Source of the DNA: an uncultured Bacteroidia bacterium
GTDB lineage: Bacteria > Bacteroidota > Bacteroidia > Bacteroidales > Prolixibacteraceae
Direction: 5' to 3'
NCBI GenBank assembly: GCA_903881215.1
Contig: CAIRSO010000128.1
Span: forward strand, 1 to 38,222
DNA length: 38,222 bases
A model generated the notes under the pieces. That model was not told the origin of the DNA. It worked only from the letters and a program-made list of their open reading frames with translations, and did not search any database. Positions 1 through 8,928 of this stretch are shown here, piece after piece; the stretch's first letter is position 1, and each line of letters opens with the position of its first letter. Position numbers and translations under genes: made by a program.

Positions 1-179
1 AGGGTTCATTTATTGAATCAGCGGATTTTGCCAATAAAAGGAATTATCATCATGTTGGTATTGGTTTAATTGATTCAATTCTCTCCAAAGCTGCTACAGA
101 TAATAAGCATCCCATTTGGACTTTAGATAAAAAAATACTCAATAATCTGGATGATAAATTTTTATATAGATCTCATTAA
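1..179 (+). CDS. 3' end of an unidentified CDS entering from upstream of the window (stop TAA 177-179)
   Basis: The frame beginning at nt 3 is open for 58 codons (GSFIESADFANKRNYHHVGIGLIDSIL...FLYRSH*). No family recognised. Confidence 0.3.
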   Translation, partial: GSFIESADFANKRNYHHVGIGLIDSILSKAATDNKHPIWTLDKKILNNLDDKFLYRSH

Positions 180-209
180 TCGCAACGGCTATACATTAGA
201 AAGAATTTA

Positions 210-1217
210 ATGAGAAATTTGAAATGGATTTTCGAACCTATCATTACCTTTATGTTCATGAAGTTGATATCCCAAATTTCTCTTTTTAGCTGGAAGTTAA
301 CATTCCTACTCTTTCTCTGTTTTGCCACAGCATCTTGCCGAATGCCGGAAAAGAAAAATCCGGCAGTCTCGGTAGTGCCTGTGCAAACAAAAGCCTATCA
401 GCCTCCGGCAATTCCGCTGATGCTAACCACGTCTGAGCAGAAAACTGCTTTTATTGTAGAGCACTTTTGGAACAACTACAACTTCAAGGATACTTCGCAA
501 CTCGCAGCTTCCAAACCGCCGGAACAAGCCTTCGCCAATTTTATTACATATGCCGGACAGGTATCTCCCGAGCATGCTGCCGGTGGCATCAAAATCTTGA
601 TGGCCCAGGCGGAAATAAATAGGAAAAACACACTGCTTTTTCTGGGCCTTGCAGAAAAGTACCTCTATCATCCCAACTCTCCCATGCGGAATGACCTGTT
701 GTATGAGATATTTCTTGAACTAGCCTGCGCTTCGAAGGTGTTGGACGACACCTACAAATATCGTTATCGGAAGCACTATGAATTGGCCTTGAAGAACAAA
801 CCCGGGCACAAAGCCTCCGATTTCATTTATACCCTGAAGAATGGTTCTTCAGCCACCCTCCTCAGAACCAAGTCAAAATTTCTGATACTTCATTTCTTTA
901 ACCCCGAATGCAATGAATGCAAAGTTGCAAGAGGTAAAATGATTCAATCAGCCGTGATCAGTAAATTGGAAAAAGATGGAGTGCTACGAATCCTGTCTGT
1001 CTATCCGGATCAGGAGCTATCGGCATGGACCAGAAATTATGCAGAATTGCCTGTCTCCTGGATAAATGGCTTCGACAAGGGATCGGTGGTACAAAAAAAG
1101 GCAGTCTATGATCTCAAAGACATCCCAACCCTCTATCTGCTAGATGAAAACAAGACCGTCCTGCTAAGAGATGCAACGGTCGAAAATATCGAAAAATACC
1201 TGATTCAGCTTCTCTGA
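210..1217 (+). CDS. Thioredoxin-like (TlpA/AhpC-TSA-like) lipoprotein with a DUF5106-like N-terminal region
   Basis: Hydrophobic signal ending in a lipobox-like FATASC. C-terminal thioredoxin-fold pattern FLILHFFNPECNECK...IPTLYLLDENKTVLL. The true start is probably the internal MKLIS at nt 258. Confidence 0.6.
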   Translation: MRNLKWIFEPIITFMFMKLISQISLFSWKLTFLLFLCFATASCRMPEKKNPAVSVVPVQTKAYQPPAIPLMLTTSEQKTAFIVEHFWNNYNFKDTSQLAASKPPEQAFANFITYAGQVSPEHAAGGIKILMAQAEINRKNTLLFLGLAEKYLYHPNSPMRNDLLYEIFLELACASKVLDDTYKYRYRKHYELALKNKPGHKASDFIYTLKNGSSATLLRTKSKFLILHFFNPECNECKVARGKMIQSAVISKLEKDGVLRILSVYPDQELSAWTRNYAELPVSWINGFDKGSVVQKKAVYDLKDIPTLYLLDENKTVLLRDATVENIEKYLIQLL

Positions 1218-1253
1218 CGCCTTAGGAAGCGGCCAAAATAAAGAGCCAAAAAT

Positions 1254-1362
1254 AATATTACACAGAGGAAGAAGGAGAAGCACAGAGTTACACAGAGACT
1301 AAAAACGTTTTTTCTAACTCTGTGGATCTCTGTGACTCCTCTGTGTCTCTCTGTGTAATATT
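1254..1362. repeat. CACAGAG-word foldback element (copy A), MITE/REP-like; possible terminator after the upstream gene
   Basis: 14-bp perfect terminal inverted repeats: aatattacacagag at 1254-1267 and ctctgtgtaatatt at 1349-1362. Multiple cacagag words on the left arm and ctctgtg words on the right arm. Central palindrome aaaacgtttt at 1302-1311. Stem 1281-1289 pairs with 1316-1324. Confidence 0.85.
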
Positions 1363-1393
1363 TTATAATAATTACATAAATATATCTGGATAT

Positions 1394-1423
1394 CTTGTTT
1401 TTTCGATATTTAATGTATATTTA
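1394..1423 (+). promoter_or_regulatory. Candidate Bacteroidota-type promoter for the hydrogenase operon (TTG-like -33, TATATTTA -7-like box)
   Basis: cttg at 1394-1397 and tatattta at 1416-1423 resemble the TTTG / TAnnTTTG consensus with about 18-nt spacing, roughly 30 nt upstream of the hyaA ATG. Sequence match only. Confidence 0.25.
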
Positions 1424-1453
1424 ACATTTAATTAACATTAAACTCACCGCCTT

Positions 1454-2548
1454 ATGGAGAAACGACCTTCTTACTATCAGGAAGTCAAAGGGAAAGGCAT
1501 TGCCCGGAGAGATTTCTTAAAATTCTGTACAACCATGGCTGCATTTCTGGGCCTGGAAGCAAATGGTGCAGGTCAGATTGCCAACGCACTGCAAACCAAG
1601 CCTCGTCTGCCTGTCATCTGGTTTCACTTTCAGGAATGTACCTGCTGCAGCGAATCTTTTATCAGGTCCTCCCATCCCCTGGTGGCCGACATTGTCCTGA
1701 ATAAAATTTCGCTCGATTACCAGGAAACTTTAATGGCAGCTTCCGGATTTCAAGCCGAAGAAGCCTATCAAGCGGTTATGAAAAAGTATCCGGGCCAGTA
1801 CATCGTGATGGTTGAAGGCTCTATCCCAACCGAGAATGAAGCATACTGCTGCATCGGCGGACGAAGTGCCCTTCAGATACTTGAAGAAGCTGTCGCCAAT
1901 TGCATGGCCGTGGTCGCCTGGGGCAATTGTGCCTCTTCAGGATGTGTTCAGGCTGCCAGTCCCAATCCAACAGGGGCAAAACCCGTTCACGAGGTGATCA
2001 GTGGCAAACCTGTCGTCAATGTACAAGGTTGTCCGCCGATTGCTGATGTCATGGCCGGTGTTGTGGTCCATCTGCTTACCTTCGGACGCATTCCTCAGCT
2101 TGATAGTCTTGGAAGGCCAAAAGCCTTCTATTCCCGCAGGGTTCATGATACCTGCTACCGTCGTGCCAGTTTCGATGCCGGCTTGTTCGTTGAGTCTTTC
2201 GATGATGAAGGCGCCAAACGCGGATATTGTCTCTACAAAATGGGATGCAAAGGTCCGGTTACCTATAATTCGTGCGGAATCATCAAATGGAACGATGGCG
2301 TGAGTTATCCCATCCAGTCGGGTCATCCATGCATCGGATGCTCAGAAAAAGGATTCTGGGACAACGGTCCATTCTACCAACATCTGCCTTCTGTGGCCGG
2401 TTTTGGTATCGAAACTACCGCGGATAAAATCGGCCTTGGACTTGGTGTGCTGACAGCAGCCGGAATGGCCGCTCATGCCATTACCACCAACATCCGGAAG
2501 CACAAAGAGATCACCAACGAACCAGAAACTAATCTGAAAGAATCATAG
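1454..2548 (+). CDS. hyaA: [NiFe]-hydrogenase small subunit, group 1 (membrane-bound uptake type)
   Basis: Twin-arginine signal ARRDFLKF. Fe-S cluster cysteine motifs ECTCCSES, GNCASSGCVQAA, GCPP and HPCIGCSE. C-terminal hydrophobic anchor GLGLGVLTAAGMAAHAI. Lies directly upstream of the large subunit. Confidence 0.95.
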   Translation: MEKRPSYYQEVKGKGIARRDFLKFCTTMAAFLGLEANGAGQIANALQTKPRLPVIWFHFQECTCCSESFIRSSHPLVADIVLNKISLDYQETLMAASGFQAEEAYQAVMKKYPGQYIVMVEGSIPTENEAYCCIGGRSALQILEEAVANCMAVVAWGNCASSGCVQAASPNPTGAKPVHEVISGKPVVNVQGCPPIADVMAGVVVHLLTFGRIPQLDSLGRPKAFYSRRVHDTCYRRASFDAGLFVESFDDEGAKRGYCLYKMGCKGPVTYNSCGIIKWNDGVSYPIQSGHPCIGCSEKGFWDNGPFYQHLPSVAGFGIETTADKIGLGLGVLTAAGMAAHAITTNIRKHKEITNEPETNLKES

Positions 2549-2550
2549 CC

Positions 2551-4272
2551 ATGGCAGAAAGAATAGTTATCGATCCAATTACCCGTATCGAAGGTCATTT
2601 ACGGGTTGAAATAGAAGTTAAAGATGGCTTCGTGACCGATGCCTTCAGTGCTGGTACCATGGTGCGGGGCATCGAGACAATATTAAAAGGACGCGATCCG
2701 CGCGATGCGTGGGCTTTCGTAGGACGTGTATGCGGCGTCTGTACTTCCACACACTCACTTACTTCGGTGCGGACTGTCGAAAATGCGCTGGGAATTTCTG
2801 TCCCTCCAAATGCCGAACTGATCCGTAACCTGATGGCCAATGCCCTCTACATCCAGGATCACGTGGTCCATTTTTATGCGCTGCACGCACTCGATTGGGT
2901 GGACGTGGTATCCGCCTTGAGCGCCAATCCTGCTGAATCATCCAGAATTGCACAAAGTATCTCCGCCTGGCCAAAAAGCTCTGTCGGCTATTTCACGGAT
3001 GTGCAAAACCAAGTCAAAAAATTTGTGGAAAGCGGTCAGCTGGGCATCTTCGCCAATGGCTACTGGGGACACAAAGCTTACAAGTTACCTCCTGAAGTTA
3101 ACCTCATCGCAGTAGCCCATTACCTCGAAGCCCTCGAATGGCAAAAGGAACTGGTCAAGGTTCATACCATCTTTGGCGGAAAGAATCCGCATCCAAATTA
3201 TGTGGTGGGTGGTGTTCCTTGTTCCATCAACATCGACGAAGCCAATGCAATTAATGCCGAGCGACTGGCTTTTGTGGGTCAGCTGTTTCAGGATGCCAAG
3301 GTGTTCGTCGATCAGGTGTATATTCCAGATTTGCTTGCAGTAGCGACCTATTACAAAAGTGACTGGGGTGCCATCGGCGGAGGCCTGACGAACTACATGT
3401 CATTCGGCGATTTCCCGACCAACGGATACAACCATCCCGAAAGTTTTAAAATGCCAAGAGGAGTGATCCTGAACCGTGATCTGAGCAAAATCCATGAAAT
3501 AAAAGCCGAAGATCAGGATGAAATTCAAGAGTTCATCAACAATTCGTGGTATGAATATTCCAAAGGTGACAAAGTCGGACTTCATCCCTGGGAGGGCGAG
3601 ACCAAGTTCAATTATACAGGGCCGAAACCTCCTTACAAGAACCTCGATTTCAGCCAGAAATACAGCTGGGTAAAAACACCAAGATGGAAAGGTCTGCCGA
3701 TGGAAGTCGGACCACTTTCCAGAATGCTGGTGGGTTATGCATCAGGTCTGCCCGAATATAAAGAGGTGATCGAAAGTACCCTGAAAGCGCTCGATGTTCC
3801 GGTAACAGCCCTGTTCTCAACATTGGGAAGGACCGCAGCCCGCGGACTGGAAACCAAACTCGTCTGCGGATGGGCGTTGGAGTTCTATCAGCAGCTTCTA
3901 GACAATATCAAGAACGGCGACTCCCGCACCATGAACAATGAAAAATGGGAACCCGAATCCTGGCCAAAAATGGCCAAAGGAATCGGATTGGTGGAAGCTC
4001 CACGCGGTGCCCTCTCCCATTTTATCGTCATCGAAGACAAGAAGATTGCCAACTACCAGATGGTGGTGCCGACAACATGGAATGCTTCGCCAAGGGATCT
4101 GAATGGTCAGCGGTCTGCCTACGAAGCAGCACTGATCGGGACACCGATTGCCGATCCCAAAAATCCGCTTGAGGTGTTGCGTACCATCCACTCTTTCGAC
4201 CCTTGTCTGGCTTGCGCTGTGCATCTCTACGACGAAAACGGAAGCTATATTCATGAACTGAAAACATATTAG
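2551..4272 (+). CDS. hyaB: [NiFe]-hydrogenase large subunit
   Basis: N-terminal RIEGHLRVE and RVCGVCTSTH (RxCGxCxxxH). C-terminal DPCLACAVH followed by a 15-aa tail of the kind removed by the maturation protease. PRGALSHF motif. Confidence 0.95.
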   Translation: MAERIVIDPITRIEGHLRVEIEVKDGFVTDAFSAGTMVRGIETILKGRDPRDAWAFVGRVCGVCTSTHSLTSVRTVENALGISVPPNAELIRNLMANALYIQDHVVHFYALHALDWVDVVSALSANPAESSRIAQSISAWPKSSVGYFTDVQNQVKKFVESGQLGIFANGYWGHKAYKLPPEVNLIAVAHYLEALEWQKELVKVHTIFGGKNPHPNYVVGGVPCSINIDEANAINAERLAFVGQLFQDAKVFVDQVYIPDLLAVATYYKSDWGAIGGGLTNYMSFGDFPTNGYNHPESFKMPRGVILNRDLSKIHEIKAEDQDEIQEFINNSWYEYSKGDKVGLHPWEGETKFNYTGPKPPYKNLDFSQKYSWVKTPRWKGLPMEVGPLSRMLVGYASGLPEYKEVIESTLKALDVPVTALFSTLGRTAARGLETKLVCGWALEFYQQLLDNIKNGDSRTMNNEKWEPESWPKMAKGIGLVEAPRGALSHFIVIEDKKIANYQMVVPTTWNASPRDLNGQRSAYEAALIGTPIADPKNPLEVLRTIHSFDPCLACAVHLYDENGSYIHELKTY

Positions 4273-4274
4273 CC

Positions 4275-5006
4275 ATGAAAAGCAGATCTGTCCCTTTGCG
4301 TGAGGTATACGTATGGGAATTGCCTGTTCGTATTTATCACTGGATCAATGCGCTTTGCATCCTGGCACTCTGTATCACCGGATACATCATTGGTAATCCA
4401 ATCGCTGTCATGAAGGGTACCGAGGCCTATCAGAATTTTTGGTTTGGAAATGTGAGGTTCATCCATTTTGTGGCAGCCTTTCTTTTCTTCTTCAATTTTG
4501 TCTTCCGCACCTATTGGGGATTTGTAGGAAATGAATATTCCAGATGGTACAACTTTATTCCGTTGAAAAAAAGTCAATGGATCGAAATTTTGGAAGTCAT
4601 CAAAGTGGACGTTCTTCAGGTTAAGCACAAACAAATTGATTCAATCGGTCACAATTCGCTGGCCAGTTTTATCTATTTCATCACTTTCCTGATGTTCCTC
4701 CTTCAGTGCCTGACAGGTTTTGGCATGTATGCAGCGATGAGTACATCCTATCTGCCACAACTGTTCGCCTGGTTTGTGCCTTTCCTGGGTGGGGATATTG
4801 CAGTCCGCCAAATCCATCATATTCTGATGTGGGCTTTTATCCTCTTTGCAATCGTTCATGTTTACCTGGTTTTCTACCACGATTACATTGAACGGAGAGG
4901 CATTACCTCCTCCATGATCGGTGGTTGGAAATTTATCGAAGAGGATGTGGCTTTAAGAAATGATGACAGCGCAACAAGCACCAGCCCTAAAAAAGGAAAA
5001 AAATAG
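4275..5006 (+). CDS. hyaC: Ni/Fe-hydrogenase b-type cytochrome subunit
   Basis: About 4 TM helices with conserved His residues (YHWINALCI..., VRFIHFVAA, IHHILMW, IVHVYLVFYHD). Position is 3 nt after hyaB. Confidence 0.9.
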   Translation: MKSRSVPLREVYVWELPVRIYHWINALCILALCITGYIIGNPIAVMKGTEAYQNFWFGNVRFIHFVAAFLFFFNFVFRTYWGFVGNEYSRWYNFIPLKKSQWIEILEVIKVDVLQVKHKQIDSIGHNSLASFIYFITFLMFLLQCLTGFGMYAAMSTSYLPQLFAWFVPFLGGDIAVRQIHHILMWAFILFAIVHVYLVFYHDYIERRGITSSMIGGWKFIEEDVALRNDDSATSTSPKKGKK

Positions 5007-5482
5007 TGGAACAATCCAAGATTTTAGTTCTGGGCGTTGGAAATTTGTTGATGAATGACGAAGGCGTTGGGATACACGTTCTTCAGGAGTTGGAAAAAGA
5101 AGGGGTCAAGGGTGCCGATCTGATGGATGGCGGAACGGGTGGTTTTCATCTGCTGGGATTTATTTCTTCCTACCGCTACATTGTTTTCATCGACGCTGCC
5201 CTTGACTCTTTTCCGGCGGGAACGGTTCGGGTGCTTCACCCAAAATTTGCAAAGGATTTTCCGAAACAACTGAGTGCGCATGAGATCGGGCTCAAAGATT
5301 TGATCGATACCACATGCCTGTTGGGTGTTCCACCTGAATTTCATCTCGTCGCCATCTCCGTAAAAGATTTTCAGGACATGGGACTTGATCTCTCGCCCGA
5401 AGTGGCAGCAGCAGTCCCGCTTGCGATGGCGAAGGTGAAAGAATTAGTCGCAGAACTAACAACAAAAAATCACACAGAGTAA
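5006..5482 (+). CDS. hyaD: Hydrogenase maturation endopeptidase (HyaD/HybD family)
   Basis: ILVLGVGNLLMNDEGVGIHV and DGGTGG..FIDA...H motifs typical of the family. The GTG start overlaps the hyaC stop. The last codons and the stop lie inside CACAGAG repeat copy B. Confidence 0.9.
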   Translation: MEQSKILVLGVGNLLMNDEGVGIHVLQELEKEGVKGADLMDGGTGGFHLLGFISSYRYIVFIDAALDSFPAGTVRVLHPKFAKDFPKQLSAHEIGLKDLIDTTCLLGVPPEFHLVAISVKDFQDMGLDLSPEVAAAVPLAMAKVKELVAELTTKNHTE

Positions 5483-5576
5483 CACAGAGGGTTCACAGAG
5501 TTCCACAGAGTCAGGAAAATATTCTTAATCTCAGTGTAACTCTGTGCTTCTCCTTCTTCCTCTGTGTAATATTATT
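5471..5576. repeat. CACAGAG-word foldback element (copy B) between convergent hyaD and hypB; likely bidirectional terminator
   Basis: cacagag words at 5471-5510 and ctctgtg words at 5541-5567. Positions 5536-5576 are the perfect reverse complement of 1251-1291 (41 bp). Confidence 0.85.
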
Positions 5577-5594
5577 TTTGCCTCAACAGTAATT

Positions 5595-6458
5595 CTACTC
5601 GTTTTTTTGTTTGCTAATCCAGTCGAACCACTCTTGCATCCCTTCGCCGGATCTGGCTGAGAGCAGAATGATCTCTAAGTTTGGATTGAGCTGTCTGGCA
5701 TTCGCGGAAGCTTTCTCCACATCAAAATCAACATAGGGAAGCAGATCTGTTTTGTTGATGAGGCATAATTGTGACGACTGAAACATGTATGGATATTTCA
5801 GCGGTTTGTCATCCCCTTCCGTGACGCTGATGACCACTACCCTTTTCTGCTCACCAAGGTCAAACATTGCCGGACAGACAAGATTCCCAACATTCTCGAT
5901 AAACAAAACCGAACCGGCAGGAACCTCCATTTTCTTCAGGGCCGACTGGATCATGTTGGCATCGAGGTGGCAACCGGTTCCGGTGTTGATCTGGATGGCA
6001 GGTGCACCGGACTGTTCAATTCGCTCTGCATCGCGCGCTGTTTGCTGATCACCTTCGATCACATAAATTTTCTCCTTTGGCAAAAGTGCCTGAATGGTTT
6101 TTTCGAGGATCGTTGTTTTACCGCTTCCGGGCGAACTAACCAGGTTGAGACAAAGCACATTCCGCCCTTCAAAATACCCACGGTTTCTTTCTGCCAGCAA
6201 GTTGTTCTGGGTCATGATGCCAATGTTGAGGTCAATCACCTTGGCAGCGCCGTGATCTTCGTGATGATCATGGTCATGATCGTGCGAATGACCGTGCTCG
6301 TGGGAGTGGTCGTGATCATGTTTATGTCCATGGTGGTGTTCGTGCCCGTGGGGGTGTTCATGATCATGCGAGTGTTCATGCTCGTGATCGTGGTGGTGTT
6401 CTGAAGGCCTGAAAATTTTGTATTCTTCAGGGTTGTTGCATCCGCAAGTATCGCACAT
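5595..6458 (-). CDS. hypB: Hydrogenase nickel-incorporation GTPase HypB with a long His-rich tract
   Basis: N-terminal CDTCGC (CxxCGC high-affinity Ni site). About 50-aa H/D/E tract (EHHHDHEHEHSHDHEHPHGHEHHHGHKHDHDHSHEHGHSHDHDHDHHEDH). P-loop GSGKTT. NKTD motif. Confidence 0.95.
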   Translation of the reverse strand: MCDTCGCNNPEEYKIFRPSEHHHDHEHEHSHDHEHPHGHEHHHGHKHDHDHSHEHGHSHDHDHDHHEDHGAAKVIDLNIGIMTQNNLLAERNRGYFEGRNVLCLNLVSSPGSGKTTILEKTIQALLPKEKIYVIEGDQQTARDAERIEQSGAPAIQINTGTGCHLDANMIQSALKKMEVPAGSVLFIENVGNLVCPAMFDLGEQKRVVVISVTEGDDKPLKYPYMFQSSQLCLINKTDLLPYVDFDVEKASANARQLNPNLEIILLSARSGEGMQEWFDWISKQKNE

Positions 6459-6474
6459 ATTTTTTTTTTAGTAT

Positions 6475-6816
6475 TTATTCCGCCAAAATAGAGACCACCC
6501 TAAATTGATCGCCCCCAATTATTTTTGAAGGATAACTCCGGCAATCCGGACAGGTTGCCATTCGCTCCTTCATGTTAAAATCTTTCTGACAATCACTGCA
6601 AGTTCCAACGGCAAATGTCTGATTGATGATAATCTTTGAATCCTCCAGCAAAGTTCCTTTAACAACCATCTCCAGTGCCGACTGGAAAGTCTCTGCCTCA
6701 ACACCGCTGAGCGTTCCCACTTCAATCTCCATTTCAAAGACCCGAGACAAGCTCTTCTTTTGGGTCTCCTTCGATACCAGGTCTATTACTTCGAGGGCCA
6801 GTGACAGTTCGTGCAT
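6475..6816 (-). CDS. hypA: Hydrogenase nickel insertion protein HypA
   Basis: N-terminal MHE, CSDC...CPDC zinc site, 113 aa, located between hypE and hypB. Confidence 0.9.
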   Translation of the reverse strand: MHELSLALEVIDLVSKETQKKSLSRVFEMEIEVGTLSGVEAETFQSALEMVVKGTLLEDSKIIINQTFAVGTCSDCQKDFNMKERMATCPDCRSYPSKIIGGDQFRVVSILAE

Positions 6817-6827
6817 CGCTCAGTTAA

Positions 6828-7850
6828 TTAACAGATTCGTGGTAACTGGTCGCCGGTAAGGGAGTCGATGATCCTTTTCCCACCGGTCACGCTTTTCAAA
6901 ACCACCCGACCGGAGTGTTCTGCAACGATTTTCCCGATAACGGAAGCTTCCTTGCCCAATTCGTTTTTCCGCATGATTTTAAGGATCAGCTCACTCTCCT
7001 CTTCGGAAGCGACAATCACAACCTTGCCTTCGTTGGCGATGTACAACGGATCGAAACCCAGCAACTCGCACATGGCCTGAACACCCTTGTTGACAGGCAG
7101 TGCAGATTCTTCAATCTCAATTCCCTTAGAAATTTTAGATGCCAGCTCATTCAGCACCGTAGCCACCCCACCCCTGGTTGGATCACGCATAAAAGTCACT
7201 GAAGTTGTCTGTTCGAGAATCTCTTTGATCAACCCGTTCAGGCAGGCGCAATCGGAAAGCACTTGTGTCTTAAAGTTAAAGGACTCCCGGGCATTCATCA
7301 CTGCCATCCCATGATCCCCGATGGGTCCGTTGATGATGATCACATCGCCGGGTTTGGTGTTTTTGGTTTTGGCAGCCAGATTATTTTCAGTTTTGATCCT
7401 TCCGATGCCAGCTGTATTGATGAAGATCTTGTCACATTTTCCTTTGTTCACCACTTTGGTATCGCCGGTTACGATCGAAACTCCGGCTTTTTTAGCTTCC
7501 TCCGCCAGGGATTGAACGATCAGCTCGAGCTCATTCATGGGAAATCCCTCCTCGATGATAAACGACACGCTGAGGTAAAGTGGTTCGGCTCCTGAGACCG
7601 CCAGATCGTTGACAGTTCCGCAGACAGCGAGTTTCCCGATGTTGCCTCCCGGGAAAAAGATTGGATCGATGACGAATGAATCCGTGGTAAAAGCTATCTC
7701 TTCCGTATTCACCGGAAGGATGGCCGAATCGGATTGTTCGCTCAGTAATTTGTTCTCAAAATGGCGCAGGAACAGGTTTTCAATCAGGTCGTGCATCATC
7801 CGGCCCCCGTTCCCATGGCTCAGCAATATTTTCTCTTCCCTTTTTGTCAT
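6828..7850 (-). CDS. hypE: Hydrogenase maturation protein HypE (AIR-synthase-like carbamoyl dehydratase)
   Basis: LSHGNGG motif, PurM-like body, C-terminal PRIC. I place the start at ATG 7850, giving an ATGA overlap with the hypD stop. The 33 extra codons of the tracked ORF (to 7949) lie inside hypD. Confidence 0.9.
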   Translation of the reverse strand: MTKREEKILLSHGNGGRMMHDLIENLFLRHFENKLLSEQSDSAILPVNTEEIAFTTDSFVIDPIFFPGGNIGKLAVCGTVNDLAVSGAEPLYLSVSFIIEEGFPMNELELIVQSLAEEAKKAGVSIVTGDTKVVNKGKCDKIFINTAGIGRIKTENNLAAKTKNTKPGDVIIINGPIGDHGMAVMNARESFNFKTQVLSDCACLNGLIKEILEQTTSVTFMRDPTRGGVATVLNELASKISKGIEIEESALPVNKGVQAMCELLGFDPLYIANEGKVVIVASEEESELILKIMRKNELGKEASVIGKIVAEHSGRVVLKSVTGGKRIIDSLTGDQLPRIC

Positions 7851-8926
7851 TCTCTGTATTTGTAATAGGTGGCACAGGTGCCCTCGCCCGAAACCATGCA
7901 TGCTCCGACAGGATCGGAAGGGGTACATGCCTTGCCAAAGAGTTTGCAATCTTTCGGCGTTTTCATGCCCCGAAGGATCAATCCGCAGATGCAGCCTTTC
8001 GGTTCACTGGAGGCAGGAATCTCAACGGGAATCTGAACTTCCGCATCGAAAGAGGAGTATTCCGCATTTATTTTTAGTCCGCTTTTGGGGATCATCCCCA
8101 ATCCACGCCACGACTCATCTTTCAGTTCGAAAACCTGCTCCAGCAATTTTTGGGCGATCAGGTTTCCCTGGATGTTGACGACCCGCTGGTATTGAATCTC
8201 CACCTTTGGCACACCTGATTCGATCTGCCGCACCAGCATCAGAATGGCCTGCATCAGGTCGGCGGGTTCAAATCCGGCGACGGCCACACCAAGTCCATAT
8301 TGGTTGGGAAGCATATCATAAATGGCAGTGCCGGTGATGGCAGTCACATGTCCGGGGGCGATGAATCCGTCGATTTTGACACCCTCTTCCACCAGAGCCT
8401 GCATCACAGGAGGCATCACTTTGTGGGCGCTCAAAACAAAGAAATTGGCGATCTTCGCTTTCTTCGCCTCTACAATGGCAGCTGCCGTTGCAGGGGCAGT
8501 AGTCTCGAAACCAATCCCAAGAAAAACCACCTTCTTATCGGGATTTTGTCTCGCAATTTCGAGGGCATCCAGCGTGGAATAGACGATGCGGATGTCGCGT
8601 CCGTTGGCTTTCTCTTTTTCCAGAGAAGTATTTGATCCTGGAACGCGAATCAAATCGCCGTAAGTCGTGATGATCATCCCAGGCATTTTGCTGTAGGCAA
8701 GGGCCGTGTCAATAAAATGCTGACCCGAAACACACACCGGGCAGCCCGGTCCGGAAAGCAGATGGATGGTTGGTGGGAGCAGCCCTTTTAAACCGAAACG
8801 GTGAATGGACATCGTATGCCCTCCGCAGACTTCCATCAGAGCAATCTCCTTCGTGGAAACTTTTCTCAATTCTGCCGCGATAGACAGAATCAGCTCTTTC
8901 CCCCTATATTCGTCGATGTACTTCAT
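7847..8926 (-). CDS. hypD: Hydrogenase maturation protein HypD
   Basis: MEVCGGHT, GPGCPVCV and GFETT motifs plus the C-terminal cysteine cluster. 359 aa. Confidence 0.95.
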   Translation of the reverse strand: MKYIDEYRGKELILSIAAELRKVSTKEIALMEVCGGHTMSIHRFGLKGLLPPTIHLLSGPGCPVCVSGQHFIDTALAYSKMPGMIITTYGDLIRVPGSNTSLEKEKANGRDIRIVYSTLDALEIARQNPDKKVVFLGIGFETTAPATAAAIVEAKKAKIANFFVLSAHKVMPPVMQALVEEGVKIDGFIAPGHVTAITGTAIYDMLPNQYGLGVAVAGFEPADLMQAILMLVRQIESGVPKVEIQYQRVVNIQGNLIAQKLLEQVFELKDESWRGLGMIPKSGLKINAEYSSFDAEVQIPVEIPASSEPKGCICGLILRGMKTPKDCKLFGKACTPSDPVGACMVSGEGTCATYYKYRE

Positions 8927-8928
8927 AG

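Noticed and set aside
5967-6404. 145-aa + strand ORF antisense to hypB (…VMIMVMIVRMTVLVGVVVIMFMSMVVF…)
   Set aside because: It is the mirror translation of the His-codon-rich (CAT/CAC) tract. hypB on the other strand has full-length diagnostic motifs.
7851-7949. N-terminal 33-codon extension of the hypE ORF
   Set aside because: The extension lies wholly inside hypD and has no HypE similarity. The internal ATG at 7850 gives the typical MTK..LSHGNGG start and an ATGA stop-start overlap with hypD.
7609-8178. 189-aa + strand ORF and other 60-150-aa ORFs antisense to hypD, hypE, hypF, hsdR and hsdM
   Set aside because: All are embedded antisense in long CDSs that have diagnostic motifs. They have no recognisable motifs or independent signals.
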